Assembly (NCBI GenBank): GCA_965224485.1
Contig: CBDCZH010000007.1
Location: 1 to 64,000 of the forward strand
Length of the DNA: 64,000 nt
Origin: Arcobacteraceae bacterium
Lineage (GTDB): Bacteria; Campylobacterota; Campylobacteria; Campylobacterales; Arcobacteraceae
Direction: 5' to 3'
Shown here: positions 30,813-40,604 of the stretch, piece after piece
How the letters are laid out: each line of letters starts with the position of its first letter
How positions within the stretch are numbered: position 1 is the first letter of the stretch
Made by a program: the position numbers and the translations under genes
The notes under the pieces: model-generated
Told to the model about the DNA's origin: nothing
The model's input: only the letters and a program-made list of their open reading frames with translations
Database searches by the model: none

Positions 30813-32048
30813 TTAGTTAAATTTTTTGCTACGTGCATTTTGAACTAGATCTTCTGCCATAGCTGATACTTCATTTGCAATAGAAGAAACTTGCGTTGAT
30901 TCACTAGCATTTTCTTGCGTTACCCTATCAAGCATTGTAACTGCATCATTAATTTGCTCAATTCCAGTCATTTGTTCTTTTGAAGCAGAACTAACATCTT
31001 CAATAATATGGATTGTTTCACCAATATGTTTGTTTAGCTCTTCATAACCTGAAATCATTTCAGTTGAGATAGATTTTCCAGAATTTGCTTTTGCATTAGC
31101 ATCTTCTACTAACTCTTTGATCTCTTTAGCTGCTTCTGCTGATCTTGCTGCAAGGTTTCTTACTTCTTGAGCAACTACGGCAAATCCTTTTCCAGCTTCA
31201 CCAGCAGTTGCTGCTTCAACAGCTGCATTAAGTGATAGAATATTTGTTTGGAAAGCAATTTGATCAATTACATTAATTGAGTCATTAATTGCAGTAACTT
31301 TTTCATTAATTTCTTCCATCGCTTGAGCTGTTTTACTAGCTAATTCTTGTCCTGAGTTAACAGATTTTTTTACTGTTTGACCTAACTCAGCCATTTTAAC
31401 AGCATTATTTGCATTATTTCTGGTAATTGAAGTAATTTCTTCAACAGCCGCTGCTGTTTCTTCTAAAGAAGCAGCTTGCTCATTTGCTTTTGCAGCAAGA
31501 TTATTCATAGATGATTTCATCGTATCAGAATTTGATTGTAAAGTATTTCCATTTTCAAGATTTTGTGAAGCACTTGAACTTAAAGCAGCGCCTAAAACAT
31601 TAACTGATACCATAACCGCTCTCATTCTAGCTTTAGTTTGAGCAGGTATATCAATAGAATCAGTAAAGTCATCATTTGTATATGACGTTAGTGTTTTTTC
31701 TAAGTTTTTCATATTTAACTCTAAAGAATCAAGCATTTTATTTACTGTATTTTTCAATGTTTGAACCATAGGATTTGCAGTATTTGCATTAACTCTACAT
31801 TTGAAAATACCTTGTTCTACTTTATCAGTTGTTAAAACAATTTCCCCAATAACACCAACATCAACTTTCATTGCATTATCAGTTTCTAAAATAAGAGTAT
31901 TCCACTCTTTAAACATTACATCTACTTTAGAATTACCAGTTTTTTCAATATAAGTGAATTTATTTTGCTTATACTGAGCGAAATTTACAAACTGCTTAAA
32001 ATACTTATTTACAGTATCTAAGTCTTTTTTTGAAATCGAACCAAACAT
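30813..32048 (-). CDS. Cytoplasmic methyl-accepting chemotaxis protein
   Basis: IAFQTNILSLNAAVEAA...GKGFAVVAQEVR signalling tip; no evident TM segment. Confidence 0.93.
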   Translation of the reverse strand: MFGSISKKDLDTVNKYFKQFVNFAQYKQNKFTYIEKTGNSKVDVMFKEWNTLILETDNAMKVDVGVIGEIVLTTDKVEQGIFKCRVNANTANPMVQTLKNTVNKMLDSLELNMKNLEKTLTSYTNDDFTDSIDIPAQTKARMRAVMVSVNVLGAALSSSASQNLENGNTLQSNSDTMKSSMNNLAAKANEQAASLEETAAAVEEITSITRNNANNAVKMAELGQTVKKSVNSGQELASKTAQAMEEINEKVTAINDSINVIDQIAFQTNILSLNAAVEAATAGEAGKGFAVVAQEVRNLAARSAEAAKEIKELVEDANAKANSGKSISTEMISGYEELNKHIGETIHIIEDVSSASKEQMTGIEQINDAVTMLDRVTQENASESTQVSSIANEVSAMAEDLVQNARSKKFN

Positions 32049-32117
32049 ATTTCTCCTTTAGAATTTACTTTATTTAAACAAAAACGTTAAATTTAGTATA
32101 TTCTAACAAGAAATTAC

Positions 32118-33311
32118 TTAAAAATTATTATTTTTGTTATCAATAACTTTACATTTTATAATATTATCTATTGTTTCTAAAAAAATTATATCATTTTTTG
32201 AAACATTTTTACTTTTGATTAGCTTACCATCCATCGTAATTTGGGCGTAACCATCTTTAAATCTTTTTTTAGGATGATTGAAAATATAGGCATTTAAAAG
32301 ATTTTCAATTTCAGTAGATTTTTCTTTAAATTTATAATTTAAATAATTATTAAAATCATTTTTAACCTGTTTTAATTCTTTTTCATATAAGGAAAATTTA
32401 TTTACGAAGTTATGTTGCTCAAAAAGTTTTTTAATATATTCTAAGTTTTTATCTTTTTGGTACAAAATATTTTTATATCTAGTTTTAAAATCATTTTCTA
32501 AAGAATCTAAATACATTCTATGTTCATTTATATCAGGTAAGGCAATTTCAATTGCATTTGAAGGAGTTGCTGCTCTAACATCAGCTACAAAATCAGATAT
32601 CAAAAAGTCAACCTCATGACCAATAGCAGAAATTACAGGTGTTTTTGCTTCATAAATAGCATCTGCAACTAGTTCTTCATTAAAAGCCCATAAGTCTTCT
32701 ATACTTCCCCCTCCTCTTGAAACAATAATAATATCAGCTTTTAAAGTATCAGCTTTTTGTATAGCTTTAACAATACTATTAGCACTGCCCTCACCTTGAA
32801 CCAAAGTAGGAAGTAATGTAAACCTACATAAAGGCCACCTATTTTGTGCAACTTTTTTCATATCTTCAATAGCAGCGCCTGTTGGTGAAGTTACAATTGT
32901 TATATGTTTAGGATAAGCTTTTAGAGTTTTTTTTCTATTTTGTTCAAAATAACCTTTTTCTTGAAGTTTATTTTTTAATTGTTCATAAGCTAGGGCAAGG
33001 GCACCTTGACCAGAAGGCTCAATTCGTGAACAAAGAAGTTGATAGTTACCTCTTGGAGCATAAACAGTAATAGAACCACTTATAGTGATTTTCATACCAA
33101 CTTCAAGCCTAAACTTCAAATATTTTGCATTTCCTTTAAATAAAACACAAGAAATTGTAGAACTTGCATCTTTAATTGAAAAATAAATGTGCCCAGAATT
33201 GTGATACGTTAAATTAGAAACTTCACCTTCTACATAAATAGAAGAAAAAGTTGTTTCTAATAAAGATTTTATTTGATTATTTAAAGAACTTACGCTTAGA
33301 GCTTTGTTCAT
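32118..33311 (-). CDS. xseA: Exodeoxyribonuclease VII large subunit
   Basis: GEVSN...SGHIYFS, RGGGSIEDLWAFN, SAIGHEVD. Confidence 0.96.
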   Translation of the reverse strand: MNKALSVSSLNNQIKSLLETTFSSIYVEGEVSNLTYHNSGHIYFSIKDASSTISCVLFKGNAKYLKFRLEVGMKITISGSITVYAPRGNYQLLCSRIEPSGQGALALAYEQLKNKLQEKGYFEQNRKKTLKAYPKHITIVTSPTGAAIEDMKKVAQNRWPLCRFTLLPTLVQGEGSANSIVKAIQKADTLKADIIIVSRGGGSIEDLWAFNEELVADAIYEAKTPVISAIGHEVDFLISDFVADVRAATPSNAIEIALPDINEHRMYLDSLENDFKTRYKNILYQKDKNLEYIKKLFEQHNFVNKFSLYEKELKQVKNDFNNYLNYKFKEKSTEIENLLNAYIFNHPKKRFKDGYAQITMDGKLIKSKNVSKNDIIFLETIDNIIKCKVIDNKNNNF

Positions 33312-33400
33312 GGAAAAGTCCTTTTTGGTTTATGGTTTTTTTTGTTAATAGTTAATCGTTTATAGTTTATTTAAATATAACTTCTTGAAAGGTTTAAGAT

Positions 33401-33519
33401 TATAAGTAGTTTTAGTGGAATTCAAGGCGAAGAGTTTTTTTTGTGAAGGAGCATACATCTTAGTATGTGAGTGAGCAAAAAAAGCTCTTCAACGCAGAAG
33501 TGCGCTGAAAATACTTATA
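33401..33519 (+). repeat. Miniature palindromic element, copy 1 (RPE-like)
   Basis: Terminal inverted repeat TATAAGTA/TACTTATA; core TCAAGGCGAAG...GGAGCATAC...GTATGTGAG...CTTCAACGCAG shared with 48911-49047. Confidence 0.8.
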
Positions 33520-33522
33520 ATA

Positions 33523-34233
33523 TTATACCTTTCTTGCGATGAAGAGGGTTGAAATATTCATTGAAAAACCTTTTACATAAATAGGCTCTAAACCTGCAAG
33601 TTTTAATTCAGCACATAAGTTCTCACTTGTTAAAAAATCATCAATTGAATTTGGTAAATATGTATAAGCTTCTTTATTTTGTGAAATCAATCCACCTAGT
33701 TTTGGTAGAATTTTATTCATATAAAAGTCTGTAATATGATCTAAAATAGTTTCTTTTTTATTTTTTGTAAACTCTAAAATAACAACTAAACCATCTTTTT
33801 TTAAAACTCTTGCAAATTCATTGAAAGCTTCTTGTCTTTGAACTACATTTCTAATTCCATATGAAATAGAAATAATATCAGCACTTTGGCTATCAAGTGG
33901 CATTTTAGCAGCACCTGATTCTATAAATTCAACTTCAGGTAACTTTTTTTTAGCTACATCCATCATACCAACACTTGGATCAATACCAATTATATTTTGT
34001 AAATTAATTGAATTATTTGAAGCTGTACTTTGCCAAAATTTTATCATATCACCAGTTCCACAAGCAACATCAACTATTTTAGGAATTTCATCTTTATTAT
34101 AAAAAGTATAAGCTAAATTACAAGCTTTATTTCTCCATGACTTATCAATTCCCATACTTAACACTCTATTTGCTAAATCATATGTTTTTGCAATATCATC
34201 AAACATTGATACAATTTTTTCTTGCTTACCCAT
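33523..34233 (-). CDS. ubiE: Demethylmenaquinone/ubiquinone C-methyltransferase
   Basis: MFDDIAKTYDLANRVLS, DVACGTGD, YGIRNV, AYTYLP. Confidence 0.93.
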   Translation of the reverse strand: MGKQEKIVSMFDDIAKTYDLANRVLSMGIDKSWRNKACNLAYTFYNKDEIPKIVDVACGTGDMIKFWQSTASNNSINLQNIIGIDPSVGMMDVAKKKLPEVEFIESGAAKMPLDSQSADIISISYGIRNVVQRQEAFNEFARVLKKDGLVVILEFTKNKKETILDHITDFYMNKILPKLGGLISQNKEAYTYLPNSIDDFLTSENLCAELKLAGLEPIYVKGFSMNISTLFIARKV

Positions 34234-34240
34234 TCTTTTC

Positions 34241-34492
34241 CTACTTAATCATTACTACACCAACTATAAGTCCAACTATAAAACCTATATTTAGTATAAC
34301 CAGTGATTTTAATATATTTAATTTCTTGTCTACTTTTGGCAAAAGAGCTAAAACGTACTCTTGTTTTTTTAAAGCCCTATTAAATCTAATTGTTGATTTA
34401 TCAATATCAACTGAGGCTTTTTTTAATGTTACTTCTGATAGTTCTAATTGTTCAACAAGCTCTTTTGCTTGTTTAAAACTCATATCACTCAT
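34241..34492 (-). CDS. Small coiled-coil protein with a C-terminal membrane anchor
   Basis: 83 aa, hydrophobic C-terminus, ATGA overlap with the upstream ATPase. Confidence 0.65.
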   Translation of the reverse strand: MSDMSFKQAKELVEQLELSEVTLKKASVDIDKSTIRFNRALKKQEYVLALLPKVDKKLNILKSLVILNIGFIVGLIVGVVMIK

Positions 34493-35280
34493 TTTTTAAT
34501 ATCAATATATTTATCTAAATCACAAAAGATTTTATTTAAAACTTGAAGTACATAATCTTTTGCTTCAGTTTGTATTCTTCTAAAAAATAAAAATTTTCTA
34601 GCACTTTCAATATCATGTGCTTCTTTAGCAGCAACCGCTTTTGCTGCAAAATCTGTATTATTATAAGCCATTTCCCAAACAGTTGAACCTAAGTATCTAC
34701 TCATAGTAATTACTTTATCATTTTTTACAGGAAAATATCTAGGTTCTTTCATAAAATCAAGCATAACAGAATTTGAATCTAGATATTTATGTCCAAAAAA
34801 GTTTATAAACTGTTCTTGCACATAATCACTTTCCATTGAAGCAGCACGATTAAGTGCAAAAATTATATTATCATCTGAATTTGATTCAATTTTTCTTATT
34901 TTTCTCATAGTTGCTATTGCATTTTTACCATCAAGCTCACCATCACCTAAGGGAATAATCCACTTAATATTACCAAAAGAACCAACTTTTTTAATTTCAT
35001 CTAAAACTAAAGATGAAGTTTTATTTCCACCAACATCAACAATAATTTCATGATTATCATCCATTAAAATCATTTCATCAAGTTCAGAAATATTATTAGT
35101 TCCAAGCATTCTTTTATTAACTAAATCAGTTCTTGTAAAAGATTGTGAATCATTATTTTCATCATCAATCTCAATATAAGTAACTTTCTTTCCATGTTTT
35201 TTATATAAATAAGGAGCAATGATTTGCATTGCAACTGTTGATTTACCAACACCACCTTTAGTTTGTGGAATTATAATCAT
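34489..35280 (-). CDS. ParA/MinD-superfamily ATPase (StbB-like)
   Basis: Deviant Walker A KGGVGKST, IEIDD motif, IIVDVGG Walker B. Confidence 0.75.
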   Translation of the reverse strand: MIIIPQTKGGVGKSTVAMQIIAPYLYKKHGKKVTYIEIDDENNDSQSFTRTDLVNKRMLGTNNISELDEMILMDDNHEIIVDVGGNKTSSLVLDEIKKVGSFGNIKWIIPLGDGELDGKNAIATMRKIRKIESNSDDNIIFALNRAASMESDYVQEQFINFFGHKYLDSNSVMLDFMKEPRYFPVKNDKVITMSRYLGSTVWEMAYNNTDFAAKAVAAKEAHDIESARKFLFFRRIQTEAKDYVLQVLNKIFCDLDKYIDIKK

Positions 35281-35281
35281 T

Positions 35282-35923
35282 TCAATCCTTTGGATTTTGT
35301 TTCATATATTCAACTATCTTGCCATGAAGTCTGCAATAAATCTTATTTAAACTTATATCTTCTTCGTAAAGCTCAATTATTTTATCAAAGTTTTCATTAA
35401 TTCCATATTCACACCACTGTTTTAAATCTTCATAGCTCTCAAAAGAATAAGAAAATCTTTTTAATAGTTTTAAGGTATATTTATCAACAACCATCTCATC
35501 TTGATGGCAAGCATAACAAAGAATTGCATCTGCTGTTTCAGGCCCAATTCCTTTTTGTTCTAAAAGCCAAACTCGATTTACTCTTAAACAAAAGTTATCA
35601 TATGTTTTAAATGCCAAAATTATATTTTGGCAAAGTTTCTTAATTCTAGGAGCTTTTTGATTTTTAAAACCACTAGGTTTTATTAAATCTATAAAAAGTT
35701 CAAGATCTATGTTTGCTAGTTTTTCTAAGTTAATAAGATTTAAGTCTCTTAGATTTTTAAGTGATTTTTCAACATTTAGCCATTTTGTATTTTGTGTTAA
35801 AATAGCACCTAATAAAACTTCAAAATCATTTAAACTAGGCCACCAAAATTCACTTGAGTTTTTCAATAATTCTTTTTGTTTTAAAAAAACTAATAAATCA
35901 TAAGAGTTACAAATACTATTCAA
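35282..35923 (-). CDS. HhH-GPD DNA glycosylase (3-methyladenine glycosylase III-like)
   Basis: WWP, GAILTQNTKW, KGIGPETAD and VVDKY motifs. Confidence 0.88.
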   Translation of the reverse strand: MNSICNSYDLLVFLKQKELLKNSSEFWWPSLNDFEVLLGAILTQNTKWLNVEKSLKNLRDLNLINLEKLANIDLELFIDLIKPSGFKNQKAPRIKKLCQNIILAFKTYDNFCLRVNRVWLLEQKGIGPETADAILCYACHQDEMVVDKYTLKLLKRFSYSFESYEDLKQWCEYGINENFDKIIELYEEDISLNKIYCRLHGKIVEYMKQNPKD

Positions 35924-36728
35924 TTATTGACCTAGTTATTATATGATCTACTTTATTTGATAATACTTTGATTTTATAAGCATCTATTGATTTACCATCT
36001 TCATATGTCATAACTAAAACTTGTAAAATACTTTTACAAGAATTAGGAATTTCAAAATGAGAGCTAAGACCTGTTGTAGCTTTTTGTATTGGAACTTTTT
36101 TATCCATTCCTATTACATTGTCTCTACAGCCTGTAAGTCCAATATCACTTAAGTAAGTTGTTCCTTGTGTAATTTCTAAATCATCAGTTCCTATATGAGT
36201 ATGTGTTCCACAAATTCCTGAAACTTTTCCTTCAAACATTTTTAACATTACTCTTTTTTCACTAGTAGCTTCTGCATGAAAATCTATAAAAATATTTTTT
36301 ATATTTTCTTCTTGAAGTTTTGTTATTACTTTTGTAGCCCAATTAAAAGGATTTTCTACTGTAGGCATGGCAAATTGACCCATAAGATTTAAAATAGCTA
36401 GTTTTTCACCATTTATTTCATAAATTTTAAGTCCCTCACCTACTAAACCCAAGGGATAATTATCAGGTCTTAAAACATCTCCTGTTTGTAATAAAGCTAT
36501 CATATCTTTTTTCTTATCAAAAGAGTGATTTCCACCTGTGATTACATTTATTCCATATGAAAAAAGTTCATGTGCATTTTTTACAGTTAACCCAAAACCA
36601 TGAGAAGCGTTCTCTCCATTTGCTATTACAAAATCAATATCATGAGCCTGTATTAGTTTTTTTAAATTTTGTTCAATTATTTTACGGCCTGGTCTACCAA
36701 CTATATCACCAATAAATGCAATTTTCAA
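35916..36728 (-). CDS. YmdB-family metallophosphoesterase
   Basis: GDIVGRPG, NGEN, GNH, DFHAEATSEK and GTHTH motifs. Confidence 0.93.
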   Translation of the reverse strand: MKIAFIGDIVGRPGRKIIEQNLKKLIQAHDIDFVIANGENASHGFGLTVKNAHELFSYGINVITGGNHSFDKKKDMIALLQTGDVLRPDNYPLGLVGEGLKIYEINGEKLAILNLMGQFAMPTVENPFNWATKVITKLQEENIKNIFIDFHAEATSEKRVMLKMFEGKVSGICGTHTHIGTDDLEITQGTTYLSDIGLTGCRDNVIGMDKKVPIQKATTGLSSHFEIPNSCKSILQVLVMTYEDGKSIDAYKIKVLSNKVDHIITRSIIE

Positions 36729-36821
36729 TTTTTCACCTTTTTTTAAATATTGCGATTATAACTATTTATTAGTTAGTTTATTCTTATTTTAAAATCTTCT
36801 TTTCTATCTTTTTTTCTGTCT

Positions 36822-37970
36822 TTATATCGTATTTAATTCTTTTGCACAAGTATAAGCACTTGCAAAAGCAAATTGAAAATTATAACCACCTAGTTCACCT
36901 GTTACGTCTAAGCATTCTCCTAAAAAATATAAGCCAACTTGATTTAAACTTTCAAGAGTATAAGCATTTATTTCATTAGTATTTATTCCACCTTTAGTAA
37001 CCTCAGCTTTAGAATATCCAAAATTTCCAGCAGGTGAGAATTCATAATTATTTAATAATTCAAGTTTTTTTATTTCTTCTTTAGTATAAGAACTAAGAGC
37101 CTTATCTTCTAAGTTTAAAGAGAGTAAAAATTCACTTATAAATCTTTTTGCCAAAGGAAGTCCTAAAGAAGCTTTTTTATTGCTTTTTAAAAAAGATTTT
37201 ATTTTTTTATTTGGTAAAAAATCCAAAAACATTTTTCCTTTTTGCCAATAAAGAGAAGAGCTTAAAATAACAGGTCCTGTAATTCCTTTATGAGCAAATA
37301 AAATATTTCCTTCAAAGGTTTTATGCTCAACTTTTGCTTTTACAAAAACAGAAATACCAGATAAATTTTTAAACCAAAATTGATCTTTTTGAACAGTAAA
37401 ACCAACAAGAGCAGGATTTAATACATTAATAGTATGATTAAATTTTTTTCCTATCTCATAAGCCAAAGAACTAGCACCCAAAGAAGGAAAACTAAGACCT
37501 CCAGAAGCTACTACTACTTTTTTAGATTTTATTTCACTTTTATTAGTTTTTATTAGAAACGTATTATCTTCTTTAATATAACTAAGGTCTTCTACTCTTG
37601 TATTTAAGTAAATATTTGAAGAAGATGTTAAATTTTTAAACATTGCAATAACATCTTTTGAGCTTTTACAAAAATAAGTTCCTTTTACAATTTTTTCTTC
37701 AAAGCGAGTAAATAAAGAGTTCTTTTTACAAAAATCCAACAAATCTTGTGAGCTAAAAGAGTCTAAAATTGGCTCTATGAAGTCTTTGTTTCCTAAATAA
37801 TTATCAGAACTTACAAATTTATTTGTAATATTACACTTAGCACCACCAGAGACTTTGATTTTAGCACCTATTTCTTTATTTGATTCTATTAAACATATGT
37901 TTTTATTTTTTAGTAATGATGCTAACATTAAACCACTAGCACCAGCTCCTATAATTGTTATATCGTAGAT
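36822..37970 (-). CDS. BaiN/HI0933-family flavoprotein (probable ATC start)
   Basis: SGGAKCNITN, VTKGG and GGYNFQ motifs; the FAD-binding YDITIIGAGASG lies in frame upstream of the called ATG at 37928. Confidence 0.88.
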   Translation of the reverse strand: MYDITIIGAGASGLMLASLLKNKNICLIESNKEIGAKIKVSGGAKCNITNKFVSSDNYLGNKDFIEPILDSFSSQDLLDFCKKNSLFTRFEEKIVKGTYFCKSSKDVIAMFKNLTSSSNIYLNTRVEDLSYIKEDNTFLIKTNKSEIKSKKVVVASGGLSFPSLGASSLAYEIGKKFNHTINVLNPALVGFTVQKDQFWFKNLSGISVFVKAKVEHKTFEGNILFAHKGITGPVILSSSLYWQKGKMFLDFLPNKKIKSFLKSNKKASLGLPLAKRFISEFLLSLNLEDKALSSYTKEEIKKLELLNNYEFSPAGNFGYSKAEVTKGGINTNEINAYTLESLNQVGLYFLGECLDVTGELGGYNFQFAFASAYTCAKELNTI

Positions 37971-37979
37971 ATATAGTCC

Positions 37980-39227
37980 TTAATTATTTTTTTCTAATGA
38001 AGTAATGATAAATGAGTTAATACCCTCTTTATACTCATATCTCAAAGCAAACTTATTTGCACTTAAAATAGAGTTAACTATATATAAACCTAAACCAAAA
38101 CTATTTTTACTTTTATTATCATGGGCAAAAAATGGTTCAAAATATTTTTCTAAATCATGTTCTAATTTTAGACCTTTATTTTCAAAAATTATTTCATTCT
38201 TTTCATTTGTTCTAATACTTACTTGCTTATCACTAGAATACTTAATAGCATTATCAAGTAAGTTCTTTACAGCAACAGAGAATAGTTTAAAATTTACATA
38301 TAATTTCTTATTTTCATGTTTAAAATTAACAATATCTTCATCAAGCATCAAAGTATCAATAGCATTGTCTAAAATATCTCCTAAAAAGTAAAAGTTTCTT
38401 TCTATATTTTTAGTTGAAGAGATAAGCTCTTCTATTGAAGAAAATTCATTTATTAGTAACTCTAAACGATTAAAAACATTTTTCATTTTTTCTTCATTTT
38501 GCTTGGATGGATCTAAAGCTAATAAGAACTTACCTTTTGTTATTGGTGTTTTAAGTTCATGCATTATATTTCGTATAAAAACATTTCTTGATTCTTTTAT
38601 ATTTTTAAGTTTCCTTGCAGAATTTAGAAACTCTTGAGATAATTGTGATACTTCATCTTTCTGACTTGTTTCTAAAACTTCAAAATCAAAGTTTTCATCA
38701 CCTAGGGTTTTTACCTTATCTTTTAGTATTTTCAAAGGATATAGCTTTTTCCACGTTGTAATAAAAGATAAAACAACAGCAAGAAGTAAAACTCCAAATA
38801 CTCCTATTAGGTATATTAAAGGGCTTACATGTCTATATTGCGTATCTTTAAACATAATTTGTAATCTACCATTTTTTATAAGTAAATAACTCTCTGAATT
38901 TAAAACAATCACACGAACAAGAATAGATTTAAAATGTCTTCCTAAAATTACTTTTGTTTTTGGGTTATACAAAATTGAATTCATTGTTTTTACATCATTA
39001 ATAAATTGCATATTCATAATAGATAAGGAATCTACAAACTCTTTAGTTAAACCCCTTGTTCTATTTTGCTCTAAAACCATTTTAGCAACAGGAAGATATT
39101 TTCTTTTTAAATGCTGTTCTTGTACATCTTGAGTATGTCTAACAAGTACTACAAAACTAGCAATTATTAAAAACAGCGAAATTATAAAACTAAAAGTTAT
39201 TGTAAAAAACAGTGATTCTTTTTTCAT
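37980..39227 (-). CDS. Sensor histidine kinase (ArsS/RacS/CpxA-like)
   Basis: Two TM segments, HAMP-like linker, MHELKTPITKG H-box, NLLDNAIKY, FGLGLYIV. Confidence 0.93.
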   Translation of the reverse strand: MKKESLFFTITFSFIISLFLIIASFVVLVRHTQDVQEQHLKRKYLPVAKMVLEQNRTRGLTKEFVDSLSIMNMQFINDVKTMNSILYNPKTKVILGRHFKSILVRVIVLNSESYLLIKNGRLQIMFKDTQYRHVSPLIYLIGVFGVLLLAVVLSFITTWKKLYPLKILKDKVKTLGDENFDFEVLETSQKDEVSQLSQEFLNSARKLKNIKESRNVFIRNIMHELKTPITKGKFLLALDPSKQNEEKMKNVFNRLELLINEFSSIEELISSTKNIERNFYFLGDILDNAIDTLMLDEDIVNFKHENKKLYVNFKLFSVAVKNLLDNAIKYSSDKQVSIRTNEKNEIIFENKGLKLEHDLEKYFEPFFAHDNKSKNSFGLGLYIVNSILSANKFALRYEYKEGINSFIITSLEKNN

Positions 39228-39901
39228 TGTATAAATTTATACCCCATTCCTCTAATAGTATGTAAAAACTTACTATCTTTTGGATTTTCTTCAATTTTAT
39301 GTCTAATTCTATTTATAATCACGGCAAGTGAACCTACATTATCATAATCAGAGTTTAGTAAATTTGAATTTTCAAAAATATCTTCCCTACTCACAATAAA
39401 ACCTTCCCTTTTAATTAATAAAGATAAAACCTCGTACTCAGCAGCAGTAAGTTTAATATACTCATAATTTTTTGTTATCTCTCTTTTATCTTCATTTAAC
39501 AAAAAGAGTTTATCTTCTGCTGGTTCGTCTTTTGAAGATTTATTAAATCTTCGTAAAATAGTTTTAATTCTAATTTCTAACTCTCTTGGATCATAAGGTT
39601 TTGGTAAATAATCATCAGCCCCTAATTGTAAAGCTGTTACCTTATCTGTTATATCACTTCTAGCAGAACTTATGATTATTGGAATATCATGAGCAGATAG
39701 AATTTCTTTACATACATCTAAGCCATCCATTCCAGGTAAAGTTAAATCTAAAATAACTAAGTCATATTTTTTAATTTTCAAAGCCGAAAGAGCCAAAAAA
39801 GGCTCTTCATAATTTGTAACATTTATATTAAACTTTGCCAGATATTGGGTTAGCACTTCAGCTAATTCAATATCATCTTCAACCATTGCAATATTTATCA
39901 A
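39224..39901 (-). CDS. OmpR-family response regulator
   Basis: VEDD, LDLTLPGMDG and GADDYLPKP motifs; winged-helix C-terminus TIRGMGYK. Confidence 0.95.
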   Translation of the reverse strand: MINIAMVEDDIELAEVLTQYLAKFNINVTNYEEPFLALSALKIKKYDLVILDLTLPGMDGLDVCKEILSAHDIPIIISSARSDITDKVTALQLGADDYLPKPYDPRELEIRIKTILRRFNKSSKDEPAEDKLFLLNEDKREITKNYEYIKLTAAEYEVLSLLIKREGFIVSREDIFENSNLLNSDYDNVGSLAVIINRIRHKIEENPKDSKFLHTIRGMGYKFIQ

Positions 39902-39917
39902 AGAAAACTCCTATTTT

Positions 39918-40391
39918 TTATATATTTAAATCTAACAAAACCTTAAACTGTTCTTTTTGCTTTTTTGATAAAACATCATAAGCTTTTTCTATTGTATTAG
40001 CTCTTAATTTTATCATATTTTCTTTTTTATTCATAGCTTGCTTAATAAATTCATCTTTATTAAATGAAGTTTTTGAAAAAACAGTATTTATTTTCTTTTG
40101 TTTTTTAAAAGAGTTCTGAACTATAGTTTTGATTTCTTCTTTTTGTTTACTTGTTAAATCTAGTTTTTTGAAATATCTTAAAATATTCATAGAAGACTTG
40201 TGTTTCATTCCATAATGGTTTTTCATCATTTTATGTTTAGTAGAAAACATTAAATCTTTATTATTACTTGAACAAAATGATTTATCACCGTTTTGTTTAT
40301 TCATATGCATTTCAGCCTTTGTTGGCATTGCATAAATAACACTTGCAAGTCCTACACTTAAAACTAATGTAACAATTATTTTCTTATTCAT
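39918..40391 (-). CDS. Spy/CpxP-family periplasmic protein
   Basis: Signal peptide, LDLTSKQK and VLSKKQK (LTxxQ-like) motifs, His/Met-rich region; upstream of the two-component pair. Confidence 0.82.
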   Translation of the reverse strand: MNKKIIVTLVLSVGLASVIYAMPTKAEMHMNKQNGDKSFCSSNNKDLMFSTKHKMMKNHYGMKHKSSMNILRYFKKLDLTSKQKEEIKTIVQNSFKKQKKINTVFSKTSFNKDEFIKQAMNKKENMIKLRANTIEKAYDVLSKKQKEQFKVLLDLNI

Positions 40392-40604
40392 TATATACTC
40401 CTTGTATTTGAATACGATAATTATGTCAGAGGCAAATAAATGATTAATAAACTAAATGTTAATAAGCTTTAACATTTTCTTAATCATTTATTAATAAAAC
40501 TTAAGTAAAAAAACTAGTAAAATAAGTCAAACTTATATTAAATATAACTTATAATTAATATAAATAGAGCTAATATACTTTTATCAAAGATAAAAGGCAT
40601 TTTA

